Below are positions 9,116 through 16,877 of a DNA stretch of 22,716 bases, one piece after another. The position numbers and the translations under genes are program-made. Origin of the DNA: Myxococcota bacterium (GTDB lineage Bacteria > Myxococcota_A > UBA9160 > UBA4427); NCBI GenBank assembly GCA_036336835.1, contig JAYZFK010000050.1, forward strand, positions 1 to 22,716. The letters are read 5' to 3'. Each line of letters opens with the position of its first letter. Position 1 is the first letter of the stretch. The notes beneath the pieces were generated by a model. It was not told where the DNA came from. It ran no database searches and saw only the letters and a list, made by a program, of their open reading frames with translations.

Positions 9116-10294
9116 GTGGATCGCTACCTGTTGATCTCAGCCGATTGCCACGCCGGACCGCTGCCCGACCAGATGCGCAGCTACATCGCCAAGGACTACC
9201 TGGAGCTCTTCGACGCGTGGATCGCCGATGAGGAAGGAAAGCTGGCCCGCCGCGCCGACCACACCGGTGCGTCGATCTACGGCGACGAAGCACTCGAGGA
9301 GTTCGCGGTCGACGACGCCGTGGTCCACGGCGGCATGGACGGCGCGTGGGACTCGAAGCGAAGGCTCGCCGAACTCGACCAGGACGGCATCGTGGCCGAG
9401 GTGATCTTCCCGGGTGGCAGCATGCAGACGGTGTCCCCGTTCGGCGCGGGTCTGATGACCTACCAGTACGAGCAGCCGGCCGACGTCTGGTGGGAAGGCT
9501 GCCGCAGCTACAACCGCTGGCTGGCGGATTTCTGCAGGCTGACGCCCGGACGCCGCGCCGGTGTCGGCCTGATCACGGTCGACGATATCGAGCAGACGGT
9601 CGCCGAGATCGAGTGGCTGCGAAACAACGACGTGTTCGGTGGCATCATTCTGCCTGGCGACACCAACGGTCACGCCTTCTACAATCATCCTCGCTACGAG
9701 CCAATCTGGTCGGTGTGCGAAGACCTCGACATGCCGATCCACACGCACTCGGGCTGGACGCCGAACTACGGCAACCTGCCCGGCTCGCTCGGCATCTTCC
9801 TCTACGAGATCGGGTGGTACGCACACCGCCCGATGCATCACCTGATCTGGTCGGGTGCTTTCGAGCGCCATCCGAAGCTCAAGTTCGTGATGACCGAGCA
9901 GGGTGCGACCTGGGTGGTGCCGGCACTGAAGCAGCTCGACCAGCAGTACGAGCTACCGATGTTCCGGCACATGCGCCGTGAGCTGCCGCGCAAGCCGAGC
10001 GAGTACTTCGCCAGCAACGGCTTCATCGGCGCCGCCTTCCTGGACGGCGAGGCCGCGACAGCACGCTACGACATCGGCGTTGGCAAGCTGATGTGGGGGA
10101 GCGACTACCCACACATGGAAGGGACCTGGCCGCACACGAGCGAGAGACTCGAGGAAGCGCTCGGCGCGGTTCCGACCGACGAAGTGAGGCAGATCCTCGG
10201 AGACACCGCGGCAGGGGTCTACGGCTTCGACGTCGAGAAGCTCGGGGCACTCGCCGCCGAACTCGGCCCGAAGCGCTCGAGCCTCGGGGCCTGA
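9116..10294 (+). CDS. Amidohydrolase_2 family protein (ACMSD/LigW-type fold), 392 aa
   Basis: SD AGGAG at 9104-9108, GTG start 9116. Motifs ISADCHAG, RLAELDQDGIVAEVIFP, YNRWLADFC, IHTHSG, MTEQG, MWGSDYPHMEGTWP. Confidence 0.9.
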   Translation: MDRYLLISADCHAGPLPDQMRSYIAKDYLELFDAWIADEEGKLARRADHTGASIYGDEALEEFAVDDAVVHGGMDGAWDSKRRLAELDQDGIVAEVIFPGGSMQTVSPFGAGLMTYQYEQPADVWWEGCRSYNRWLADFCRLTPGRRAGVGLITVDDIEQTVAEIEWLRNNDVFGGIILPGDTNGHAFYNHPRYEPIWSVCEDLDMPIHTHSGWTPNYGNLPGSLGIFLYEIGWYAHRPMHHLIWSGAFERHPKLKFVMTEQGATWVVPALKQLDQQYELPMFRHMRRELPRKPSEYFASNGFIGAAFLDGEAATARYDIGVGKLMWGSDYPHMEGTWPHTSERLEEALGAVPTDEVRQILGDTAAGVYGFDVEKLGALAAELGPKRSSLGA

Positions 10295-10312
10295 AAGCAG
10301 AAGGAGCGCACG

Positions 10313-10405
10313 ATGGATCGTCGCATCGTCATCTCGTCCGACGACCGCACCGGCCCGCGGGCCACCCGATTCTGGCCGCAGAAGGGCTCCCCCGCCAGCG
10401 CCTGA
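10313..10405 (+). pseudogene. 30-codon relic of a second Amidohydrolase_2 paralogue
   Basis: Strong SD AAGGAG (10301-10306) plus ATG. MDRRIVISSDDRTGP aligns without gaps to the N-terminus VDRYLLISADCHAGP of the preceding gene, then stops after 30 codons. Confidence 0.65.
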
Positions 10406-10418
10406 GCCGACGCGTGAG

Positions 10419-11438
10419 ATGAAGCAGCCGTTCCAGCAGCTCAAGTCCGACGATGTCGAAGGCCTGGTCGACGATGCCCAGCTCGCCAGATGGCTCGACG
10501 AGCAGGGGCTCGCTCCCGGACAGCCGCTCGCCGTACGTCGGATCTCCGGAGGCATGTCGAACGAGAGCATCGGTGTCGAGCGCGGGGGGGAGCGCTGGGT
10601 GCTCCGGCGGCCGGCCCTGCACGCGCTCGAAGGCGCCGATCGCGGCATGCAGCGGGAGTTCCGCGTCCTGTCCGCGCTCGATGGCACGAGGGTGCCCCAT
10701 CCGCGCCCCATCGCCCTGTGCGACGACCCTGCGGTCGCCGGCTGTGTCTTCTACCTGATGGAACACGTCGACGGATTCGCCCCGGGCCTGCGGCTCCCGG
10801 AGCCCTTCGCGAGCAGTGCAACGCTGCAGCAGCAGATCGCCTTGTCCAGCATGCAGGCGCTCGGCGAGCTGGCCCGGGTCGACTGGCGCGCCCGCGGGCT
10901 CGAGGGCTTCGGCAAGCCCGAAGGATTCCACGACCGGCAGGTGAGCCGCTGGGCCGGGCAGCTCGAACGCTACGGACGGCGCGATCTACCGGGGCTGCGC
11001 GACGTGGGTGTCTGGCTCGAGGCACACCGACCCGCGAGCGGCGCCTGGGCGCCCGCCATCATGCACGGCGACTACCACATGGCGAACCTGTTCGTCGCGC
11101 CCGCACCACCGGGCCGCATCGCCGCGATCCTCGACTGGGAGAACGCGACGATCGGCGATCCGCTGCTCGACCTCGCCGGCTTCTTGCGGATGTTCTCGAC
11201 CGGCGGCTACGCCCACTGGGCCGAGCGCGACGAGATGATCGCCTGCTGGGAGCACTACAGCGGTCGCACAGCGCCCGATCTGCGTTACTACACGGCACTC
11301 TCCGCCTACAAGCTGAGCGTCATGCTGGAGGGCGTCTATCAGCGCTCTCTCGCAGACCCCACGCGTGGCCGGGCCGACGCGATGGGCGACATGGTGCTGC
11401 AGATCATGGACGAAGCGCAGGAAGCGATCCGCGGCTGA
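10419..11438 (+). CDS. APH-family phosphotransferase, ACAD10/ACAD11 N-terminal (LvaA-like) subgroup, 339 aa
   Basis: ISGGMSN, WVLRRP, MQREFRVLSAL, FYLMEHVDG, GLEGFGKPEGFHDRQVSRW, catalytic HGDYHMAN, ILDWENATIGDPLLDL. Confidence 0.9.
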   Translation: MKQPFQQLKSDDVEGLVDDAQLARWLDEQGLAPGQPLAVRRISGGMSNESIGVERGGERWVLRRPALHALEGADRGMQREFRVLSALDGTRVPHPRPIALCDDPAVAGCVFYLMEHVDGFAPGLRLPEPFASSATLQQQIALSSMQALGELARVDWRARGLEGFGKPEGFHDRQVSRWAGQLERYGRRDLPGLRDVGVWLEAHRPASGAWAPAIMHGDYHMANLFVAPAPPGRIAAILDWENATIGDPLLDLAGFLRMFSTGGYAHWAERDEMIACWEHYSGRTAPDLRYYTALSAYKLSVMLEGVYQRSLADPTRGRADAMGDMVLQIMDEAQEAIRG

Positions 11439-11460
11439 ATGCCGCAACAGGAGATCCGAG

Positions 11461-12486
11461 ATGCCCAAGGTGCCGCACGGCTACAAGCTGGTCCTGAAGC
11501 CCGAAGACGATTTCAACCACACCCCCGACGATGTCTCGAACTTCAACGAGAGCATGTACTTCAGCGTCTTCGATCCATCGACGCGCGTCGGCGGCTGGTA
11601 TCGCCTCGGCAACCGCGTCAACGAGGGCCACGCCGAGATGAGCATCTGCTGGTATCTGCCCGACGGTCGCGTCGCCTTCATGGCCGGTCGCCCCAGGATC
11701 ACCACCAACGAGGTGATGGACGCGGGCGGTCTGCGCTTCGAGATCGTCGAGCCGCTCGAGCGCCACCGCATCACCTACCAGGGCAAGGTGTGCCTGCTCG
11801 AGCGACCGCACGAGATGGCCGATCCCGGCAGGGCCTTCCGCGAAAATCCGATCGTCGAGGCGCACATGGAGATCGAGCACACCGCCGCCAGCCCCTGTCC
11901 GGGTGGCGAGGTCGTGCGCGAAGACGGCACGCCCCGCCCGGTCGACCCGGACAAGGGCTTCGGCAAGGCGCACTTCGACCAGCAGATGCACGGCGAGGGC
12001 TTCTTCGAGATCGACGGCACGCGCTACGAGGTGAAGGGCAAGGGCGCCCGCGACAAGACCTGGGGCCCCCGCTACTGGCAGAGCATCGCCTGGTACCGCT
12101 GGATGCACTTCTATGTCTCACCCGAGTGCTCGTTCATCGCGACGGTGATATCGAAGGACGAGGGTGACCACGGCGTAAGCGGCCTGTTCTTCGCAAACGG
12201 CCGGTCCTACGACTTCGCCAGCGGCGAGATCGAATCGCAGTGGGACGAACACGGCCACGTCACGAGTCTCGACTTCAGCACGCACGTGAACGGCACCCAC
12301 TACGAGATCCACGGCGACGTCCTGTCTCTGATCCCCCTGCGAAACCGCCGCGAGCATCCCGATGGCGGCATGCTGGTCACCCGGATCACCGAGGGGATGA
12401 CCGAGTACACCTGCAACGGCCAGAAGGCGATTGGCATGAGCGAGTACCTCGACCAGATCATCGATGGCAAGCCGGTCGGAATCTGA
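11461..12486 (+). CDS. Uncharacterised all-beta protein, AttH/CrtC/tocopherol-cyclase-like (DUF7064/DUF7065-type), 341 aa
   Basis: SD AGGAG plus ATG 11461. N-terminal FNESMYF and internal GKGARDKTWGPRYW motifs, many alternating beta-strand segments, C-terminal GMSEYL. Family assignment is from recalled motif resemblance. Confidence 0.62.
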   Translation: MPKVPHGYKLVLKPEDDFNHTPDDVSNFNESMYFSVFDPSTRVGGWYRLGNRVNEGHAEMSICWYLPDGRVAFMAGRPRITTNEVMDAGGLRFEIVEPLERHRITYQGKVCLLERPHEMADPGRAFRENPIVEAHMEIEHTAASPCPGGEVVREDGTPRPVDPDKGFGKAHFDQQMHGEGFFEIDGTRYEVKGKGARDKTWGPRYWQSIAWYRWMHFYVSPECSFIATVISKDEGDHGVSGLFFANGRSYDFASGEIESQWDEHGHVTSLDFSTHVNGTHYEIHGDVLSLIPLRNRREHPDGGMLVTRITEGMTEYTCNGQKAIGMSEYLDQIIDGKPVGI

Positions 12487-12555
12487 GTGGCCCGCCCCGA
12501 AGCGCCTAGCAGGCTGCGACTCTCCATCCGGATCCGATAGACTCCCGCGCGCCAC

Positions 12556-14256
12556 ATGCGATGGCTGCTGCCCCTCTCGTCCTCGGCACTGTTCTGGACC
12601 CTGCTGATCGCAGGGATCCACCGCGAGAGCCCGCGCACCGCGGTATCGGCCCACGGCTTCCTGCACAGTGCGGTTGCGCAACGCTTCCAGGTCGACGGGT
12701 GGGTGATCCCGCCGCAGAATCCGTTCTTCGCCGGCGAGCCGCTCCCCTACTACTGGTCCTTCCACGCGCTCGGCGCTGCTGTGGGCAAGCTGCTCGGGCT
12801 CGATCCGCTGCGCAGCTTCGAGCTGCTGATCGGGCTCGCGACGATCGGCCTGGTGGCCGGATGCGGCTGGCTTGCGCGCGCGCTCTACGGCAACGCCGCT
12901 CTCGGAGCGGTGACGGCCTTCCTGATCCTGGTGGGAGCCAACCTGCAGGCGCCGGTCGTGGTCGGGGTGCGCGGCTGGCTCAGCGACGGCCGCGTGTTTG
13001 CGGACAGCGGCGCCTACCTCTGGGGACTCGCCCACCCGCTGCTCGGGCACATGCGGCTGTGGGACCCGTTCTCGACGCTCGGTCCGCTGCTTCCCTTCTA
13101 TCTCAACATCACCGCGCGACCGCTCGCGCTCTCGGCGCTCGTGTTCGTGCTGCTCGGCGCGCACCGCGCGCTGTCGCAGGGCTGGCGCGGGAGTGCTGGG
13201 CTCGCGGTCGCCGTCGCACTGTGCACTGCGTTCAGCGTCCTGGTGGGGCTGCCCTCAGCTGTGGCACTCGGCCTGGCGCTGGTGGTCCTGCGCGCGCCGG
13301 CGCTGGCCTTCTTCGCCGGGCACCAACGGCCGCCACTCGCTCCACTGCTCGCCGCGCTCGCGGTCGGCATCGCGCTCGGCGCCACGAGCGTGCTCCACCT
13401 GTTCGCAGGGACGACCGCCGCGCCGGCAATCCAGCTGGTCGCGCCTGGCGTGGCTACGACGCGGCTGCTCGGGATGCTGGCCTGCGGCTGGCCGCTGCTT
13501 GCGCTCTGCGTCGTTGCGATCTCCAACGCAGACGACCAGCGGCGCCACTTCCTGTCCGTTCTGGTGCTGACGTCGATCGCACTTACGGGAGGCGCGGCGC
13601 TGCTCGAGCTGCCGGCAGGGAACCACGTGAACCTCTTCCACGCTGCGCTCGTGATGCTCGCGGTCGGCGCTTCCGGCGCCATGCTCGATGCGCGCAATCG
13701 ACCGTCAGCGGTGCGGATCGCCTGGACGATTGCCCTCTTCCTGCCGGTGCTCGCGCTGATCGTGATGTCCTACACGAGCCGCCCGCCGGTGCCGCTCGCG
13801 TTCGACGGCCGCCAGCTGAGGCGCGTCGACGATACCCACGTGGCCCGCCTCTACGGCTGGATCCGCGCCGAGACTCCGTCCGACGCAGTACTGGTGATCG
13901 ATCCCGACCCACCGATCCGCGCGATGAGCGGCAATACGGCGGAGCTTCCTGCGCTGACCGAGCGCACGCTGTTCACCGCGCGCAGCGACCACTACATCGT
14001 CACGAGCCACGCGGAGGCCGGGCAGCGCGCGGCAATTGCTCGCCGGCTGCTGACAGCCGCCACGCTGTCCGATGAAGACGCGGCGCGAATCGCTCGGCTC
14101 GGACGCCGCGTCTACCTCGTGGCCGACCCGGCAGCCAGGAACATCCGCCCCGCAGCACTGAGCGCGCGCTACGGCCCCCCGGTCTTCCAGAGCGGACCCG
14201 TGCAGGTCTGGCGCTGGTCGCACGCCGCTTCGCTCGACGCATCGCACCGGCGCTGA
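12556..14256 (+). CDS. Polytopic membrane protein, YYY/DUF2298-like, probable GT-C glycosyltransferase, 566 aa
   Basis: About 10-12 hydrophobic segments. First-loop motif PPQNPFFAGEPLPYYW. C-terminal soluble domain begins LYGWIRAETPSDAVLV...LPALTERT, typical of GT-C fold proteins. Confidence 0.68.
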   Translation: MRWLLPLSSSALFWTLLIAGIHRESPRTAVSAHGFLHSAVAQRFQVDGWVIPPQNPFFAGEPLPYYWSFHALGAAVGKLLGLDPLRSFELLIGLATIGLVAGCGWLARALYGNAALGAVTAFLILVGANLQAPVVVGVRGWLSDGRVFADSGAYLWGLAHPLLGHMRLWDPFSTLGPLLPFYLNITARPLALSALVFVLLGAHRALSQGWRGSAGLAVAVALCTAFSVLVGLPSAVALGLALVVLRAPALAFFAGHQRPPLAPLLAALAVGIALGATSVLHLFAGTTAAPAIQLVAPGVATTRLLGMLACGWPLLALCVVAISNADDQRRHFLSVLVLTSIALTGGAALLELPAGNHVNLFHAALVMLAVGASGAMLDARNRPSAVRIAWTIALFLPVLALIVMSYTSRPPVPLAFDGRQLRRVDDTHVARLYGWIRAETPSDAVLVIDPDPPIRAMSGNTAELPALTERTLFTARSDHYIVTSHAEAGQRAAIARRLLTAATLSDEDAARIARLGRRVYLVADPAARNIRPAALSARYGPPVFQSGPVQVWRWSHAASLDASHRR

Positions 14257-14262
14257 GCGCGC

Positions 14263-14286
14263 GCCGATCGCGCAAGCGCGATCGGC
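14263..14286 (+). terminator. GC-rich hairpin, possible terminator or mRNA-stabilising stem
   Basis: GCCGATCGCG-caag-CGCGATCGGC: perfect 10-bp stem starting 7 nt after the stop at 14256. No U-tract. Confidence 0.5.
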
Positions 14287-14370
14287 ATGTGCGGTGATCT
14301 GCCTCACGCGGGGACTGTGACTCCCGGCCGATAGGACGGTCGCGCTCATCGCGCATGGGAGACGATAAGC

Positions 14371-15831
14371 ATGGAGAGCTTCTATCCATGGCCCGAAAGC
14401 CCGGGCCTCTCGATCTTTACGCTCTGGCTGTCGAGCGTGGTGTTCCTGTGGGCTGCTCGTGCACCGATGCTGCGGGCCCTGCGCGGGCTCTCGCGCAGTC
14501 TCGAACAGGGCATCGAATCCGTCACGAAGTGGTGCGCGGATATGGGCGACTCGCTGAGTACTCGGCACCGGGAGACACTGCGCGCTGCAAGCGAGCTCGA
14601 GCTTCAGAGCCGGATCTCGCGCGAGATCGTGCGCATCGACGATTCGTTCGCCGAGAAGCTCGGGCGCTATGCCGGGCTGCAGCGCAAGGTCGACGACCTG
14701 GTCAGCGGCCTCGAGGACGACTACAAGCAGTGCGGCGACTCGCCACCGCAGGTGCCCGCCTGGGCCGGTGCCGTGGAGGCCGTCGCGGCGATCCCCAACA
14801 ACGCCGATCCCAACGTCCGAAAGGTGCTCGAGGGCATCAAGGAATCGATGACCGACGCTGAGAAGCGCGCGTTCCGGACCTACAAGGACGACACCGCAGC
14901 GCGCCACAGGGTGCTCGGCAAGATGCGGCCGACCTGGAAGGAGATCCGGACGCTGCTCGCCAGCATGAAGGATGCGGTGACCAAGGCGGTCCAGACGTCG
15001 TCGAAGCTGTCGCGCTACGTCGACGAGTACGATGAGCTGGTCAACAACCGCGAGTCCGAGGCGCACGCGCGCAACTACTCGCCAATGAAACCATTCATCA
15101 CGTCGCTGATCGTCATGGGTGTGGCGCTCGGCGGCGCGTTCGTGAATTTCCAGCTGATCGCCCTGCCGATGTCCGAGCTCGTGCCCGCGGGCGCCCGACT
15201 CGGCGGCATTCCCGTATCGACCGTGTCCGCCCTGGTGCTCGTGCTGATGGAGGTCGCCGTGGGCATCTTCCTGATGGACATGCTCGGGATCACGGACCTG
15301 TTCCCCAAGCTCGCGACGGTCGCGCCCTCTCGCCGGCGATTGATCCTCTGGCTCTCGCTCTCTGGGCTGCTCTTCCTGTCGAGCGTCGAGAGCTCGCTCG
15401 CCATCCTGCGTGAGCAGATCGTGGCCGCGGATGCCGTGCTCAAGCAGTCGCTCGCAGGTCAGGCCGGCGAGGCCGTCGGCATCGCAGCCGGCTCCCAGAT
15501 TCCGGTGATCGGGCAGGCGGTGCTCGGCTTCGTGCTCCCGTGGTTGCTGGCGCTGGTTGCGATCCCGCTCGAGATGATGCTCGACAGCGGCCGCCACGTG
15601 GTGGCGAAGGTGAGCGTGCTCGCGGTGCACACCCTCGGTGGTACGACGCGAGTCGTCGGCCACATGTTGTGCGGCCTCACAGGTGCGCTGCCCAGCGTCT
15701 ACGACGTGTACATCGCGATCCCGCTTCGACTCGAGCGCATCTGGCGCGATCCCGACCAGGACGTGGTCGCGTATGCGAAAGCGCGGGCTCGTTCGGGCAA
15801 GCAGCGCGTGAGCCGCGCGGGGGTGGCGTGA
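14371..15831 (+). CDS. Hypothetical membrane protein: N-terminal TM, ~200 aa coiled-coil/helical region, 4 further TMs, 486 aa
   Basis: SD GGAGA upstream. Hydrophobic segments at about aa 13-29, 242-266, 282-306, 324-346 and 378-400; charged helical region aa ~40-235. Coding-like codon usage. Confidence 0.85.
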   Translation: MESFYPWPESPGLSIFTLWLSSVVFLWAARAPMLRALRGLSRSLEQGIESVTKWCADMGDSLSTRHRETLRAASELELQSRISREIVRIDDSFAEKLGRYAGLQRKVDDLVSGLEDDYKQCGDSPPQVPAWAGAVEAVAAIPNNADPNVRKVLEGIKESMTDAEKRAFRTYKDDTAARHRVLGKMRPTWKEIRTLLASMKDAVTKAVQTSSKLSRYVDEYDELVNNRESEAHARNYSPMKPFITSLIVMGVALGGAFVNFQLIALPMSELVPAGARLGGIPVSTVSALVLVLMEVAVGIFLMDMLGITDLFPKLATVAPSRRRLILWLSLSGLLFLSSVESSLAILREQIVAADAVLKQSLAGQAGEAVGIAAGSQIPVIGQAVLGFVLPWLLALVAIPLEMMLDSGRHVVAKVSVLAVHTLGGTTRVVGHMLCGLTGALPSVYDVYIAIPLRLERIWRDPDQDVVAYAKARARSGKQRVSRAGVA

Positions 15832-16508
15832 TGACGAGTCCCACGAAGCTCCTGTGCGCCGCGCTGGGCGCGCTGCTGCTCACCGCCTGCGGCTGCAGCG
15901 GGTCCGCGCGCTATGACCAGGCGATCGGCATCCTGATCGACGTCTCGGGCACCTACGCGGACCGCAAGGCCGACACGATCGACCTGATCAAGCGTCAGGT
16001 ACTCCCGGACATGGTGCCGGGCGACACGGTGTTCGTGATCCGCATCGACAGCCAGAGCTACGACGAGAGCAATCTGGTGGGGCTGATGAGGCTCGATCAC
16101 CGGCCCTCGCAGGCCAACGCGCAGAAGCTGGCGCTGGCGCAGATGCTCGATGAGTTCGCAAAGAAGCGGGAACACGCGAGATACACGGACATCCCGGGCG
16201 CCATCATGCTGGCGTCCGAGTACCTGCGCGAGATCGACGCCGGCAGTAGCACCATCCTGGTGTTCAGCGACATGCAAACCGATCTGCCGCCGGGCGCGAG
16301 GCGCGCGCTTGCAGCCGGCGAACTCGAGGGCATGCACATTGCTGCCGTCAGCGTGAAGCGGCTGCCCGCGGACACCTTCGACCCCGGGGTGTATCGGAGT
16401 CGCCTCGCGGGCTGGGAGCGCGAGGTCAAGCGCGCCGGTGCGCGGGGGTGGCGCGCCATCGTCGATCCGACCCGGCTCACGCCCTACCTGTCGGAGATCC
16501 GCAGCTGA
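15831..16508 (+). CDS. Stand-alone vWA-domain lipoprotein, 225 aa
   Basis: ATG overlaps the upstream stop (TGATG). Signal peptide MTSPTKLLCAALGALLLTAC (lipobox LTAC). MIDAS elements ILIDVSGT (D37/S39/T41), YTD (T119), LVFSD (D147). Confidence 0.85.
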   Translation: MTSPTKLLCAALGALLLTACGCSGSARYDQAIGILIDVSGTYADRKADTIDLIKRQVLPDMVPGDTVFVIRIDSQSYDESNLVGLMRLDHRPSQANAQKLALAQMLDEFAKKREHARYTDIPGAIMLASEYLREIDAGSSTILVFSDMQTDLPPGARRALAAGELEGMHIAAVSVKRLPADTFDPGVYRSRLAGWEREVKRAGARGWRAIVDPTRLTPYLSEIRS

Positions 16509-16600
16509 CGCCGGGCCAACGCAACCGGGCGGGAGCCTGACCAACACTGCCTCGGCGGTGTAGCGCGCGACCACGACGCGGGCACCGGTTGGAGAGTGGC

Positions 16601-16786
16601 GTGCGACGTTTCGTGCGTGCAGCGATCTCTTGCCTGATGCTGGGTCGGGGAGCCGGCGGCTGCGACGATCCGCCGGCGCCCGCTCCCGATCCGCGAGCCG
16701 CCACCGGCGTGATCCCGACCTTCGATCAGGAGCTGCGCTCGCGCGCGATCGACTGCGAGATCGCGGCGATCGAGCCGGTCGAATAG
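16601..16786 (+). CDS. Small possible lipoprotein or gene relic, 61 aa
   Basis: SD GGAGA at 16591-16595 plus GTG. Signal-like MRRFVRAAISCLMLGRGAGGC, Pro-rich linker, GC3-rich C-terminal codons. An Arg within the h-region weakens the call. Confidence 0.38.
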   Translation: MRRFVRAAISCLMLGRGAGGCDDPPAPAPDPRAATGVIPTFDQELRSRAIDCEIAAIEPVE

Positions 16787-16877
16787 CCGTGGCGGCCAGC
16801 GGAGCTTGCCACGAAGCCGTCAGCAGTCTAGAACACTTCCTCGTTGGCCCGATTGGCCCGGGCACGAGGTACCGACG

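Noticed and set aside
825..12486. Secondary-metabolite (NRPS/PKS/RiPP) biosynthetic cluster, with the 30-aa ORF as a precursor peptide
   Set aside because: No carrier protein, condensation/KS domain or RiPP maturase is present. The 30-aa ORF is better explained by its similarity to the amidohydrolase N-terminus.
13705..15663. 652-aa - strand ORF and other long antisense ORFs (for example 16929..18491, 6696..7934, 12118..13164)
   Set aside because: Typical stop-poor shadow frames of high-GC coding DNA, with no motifs, lying opposite well-supported genes.
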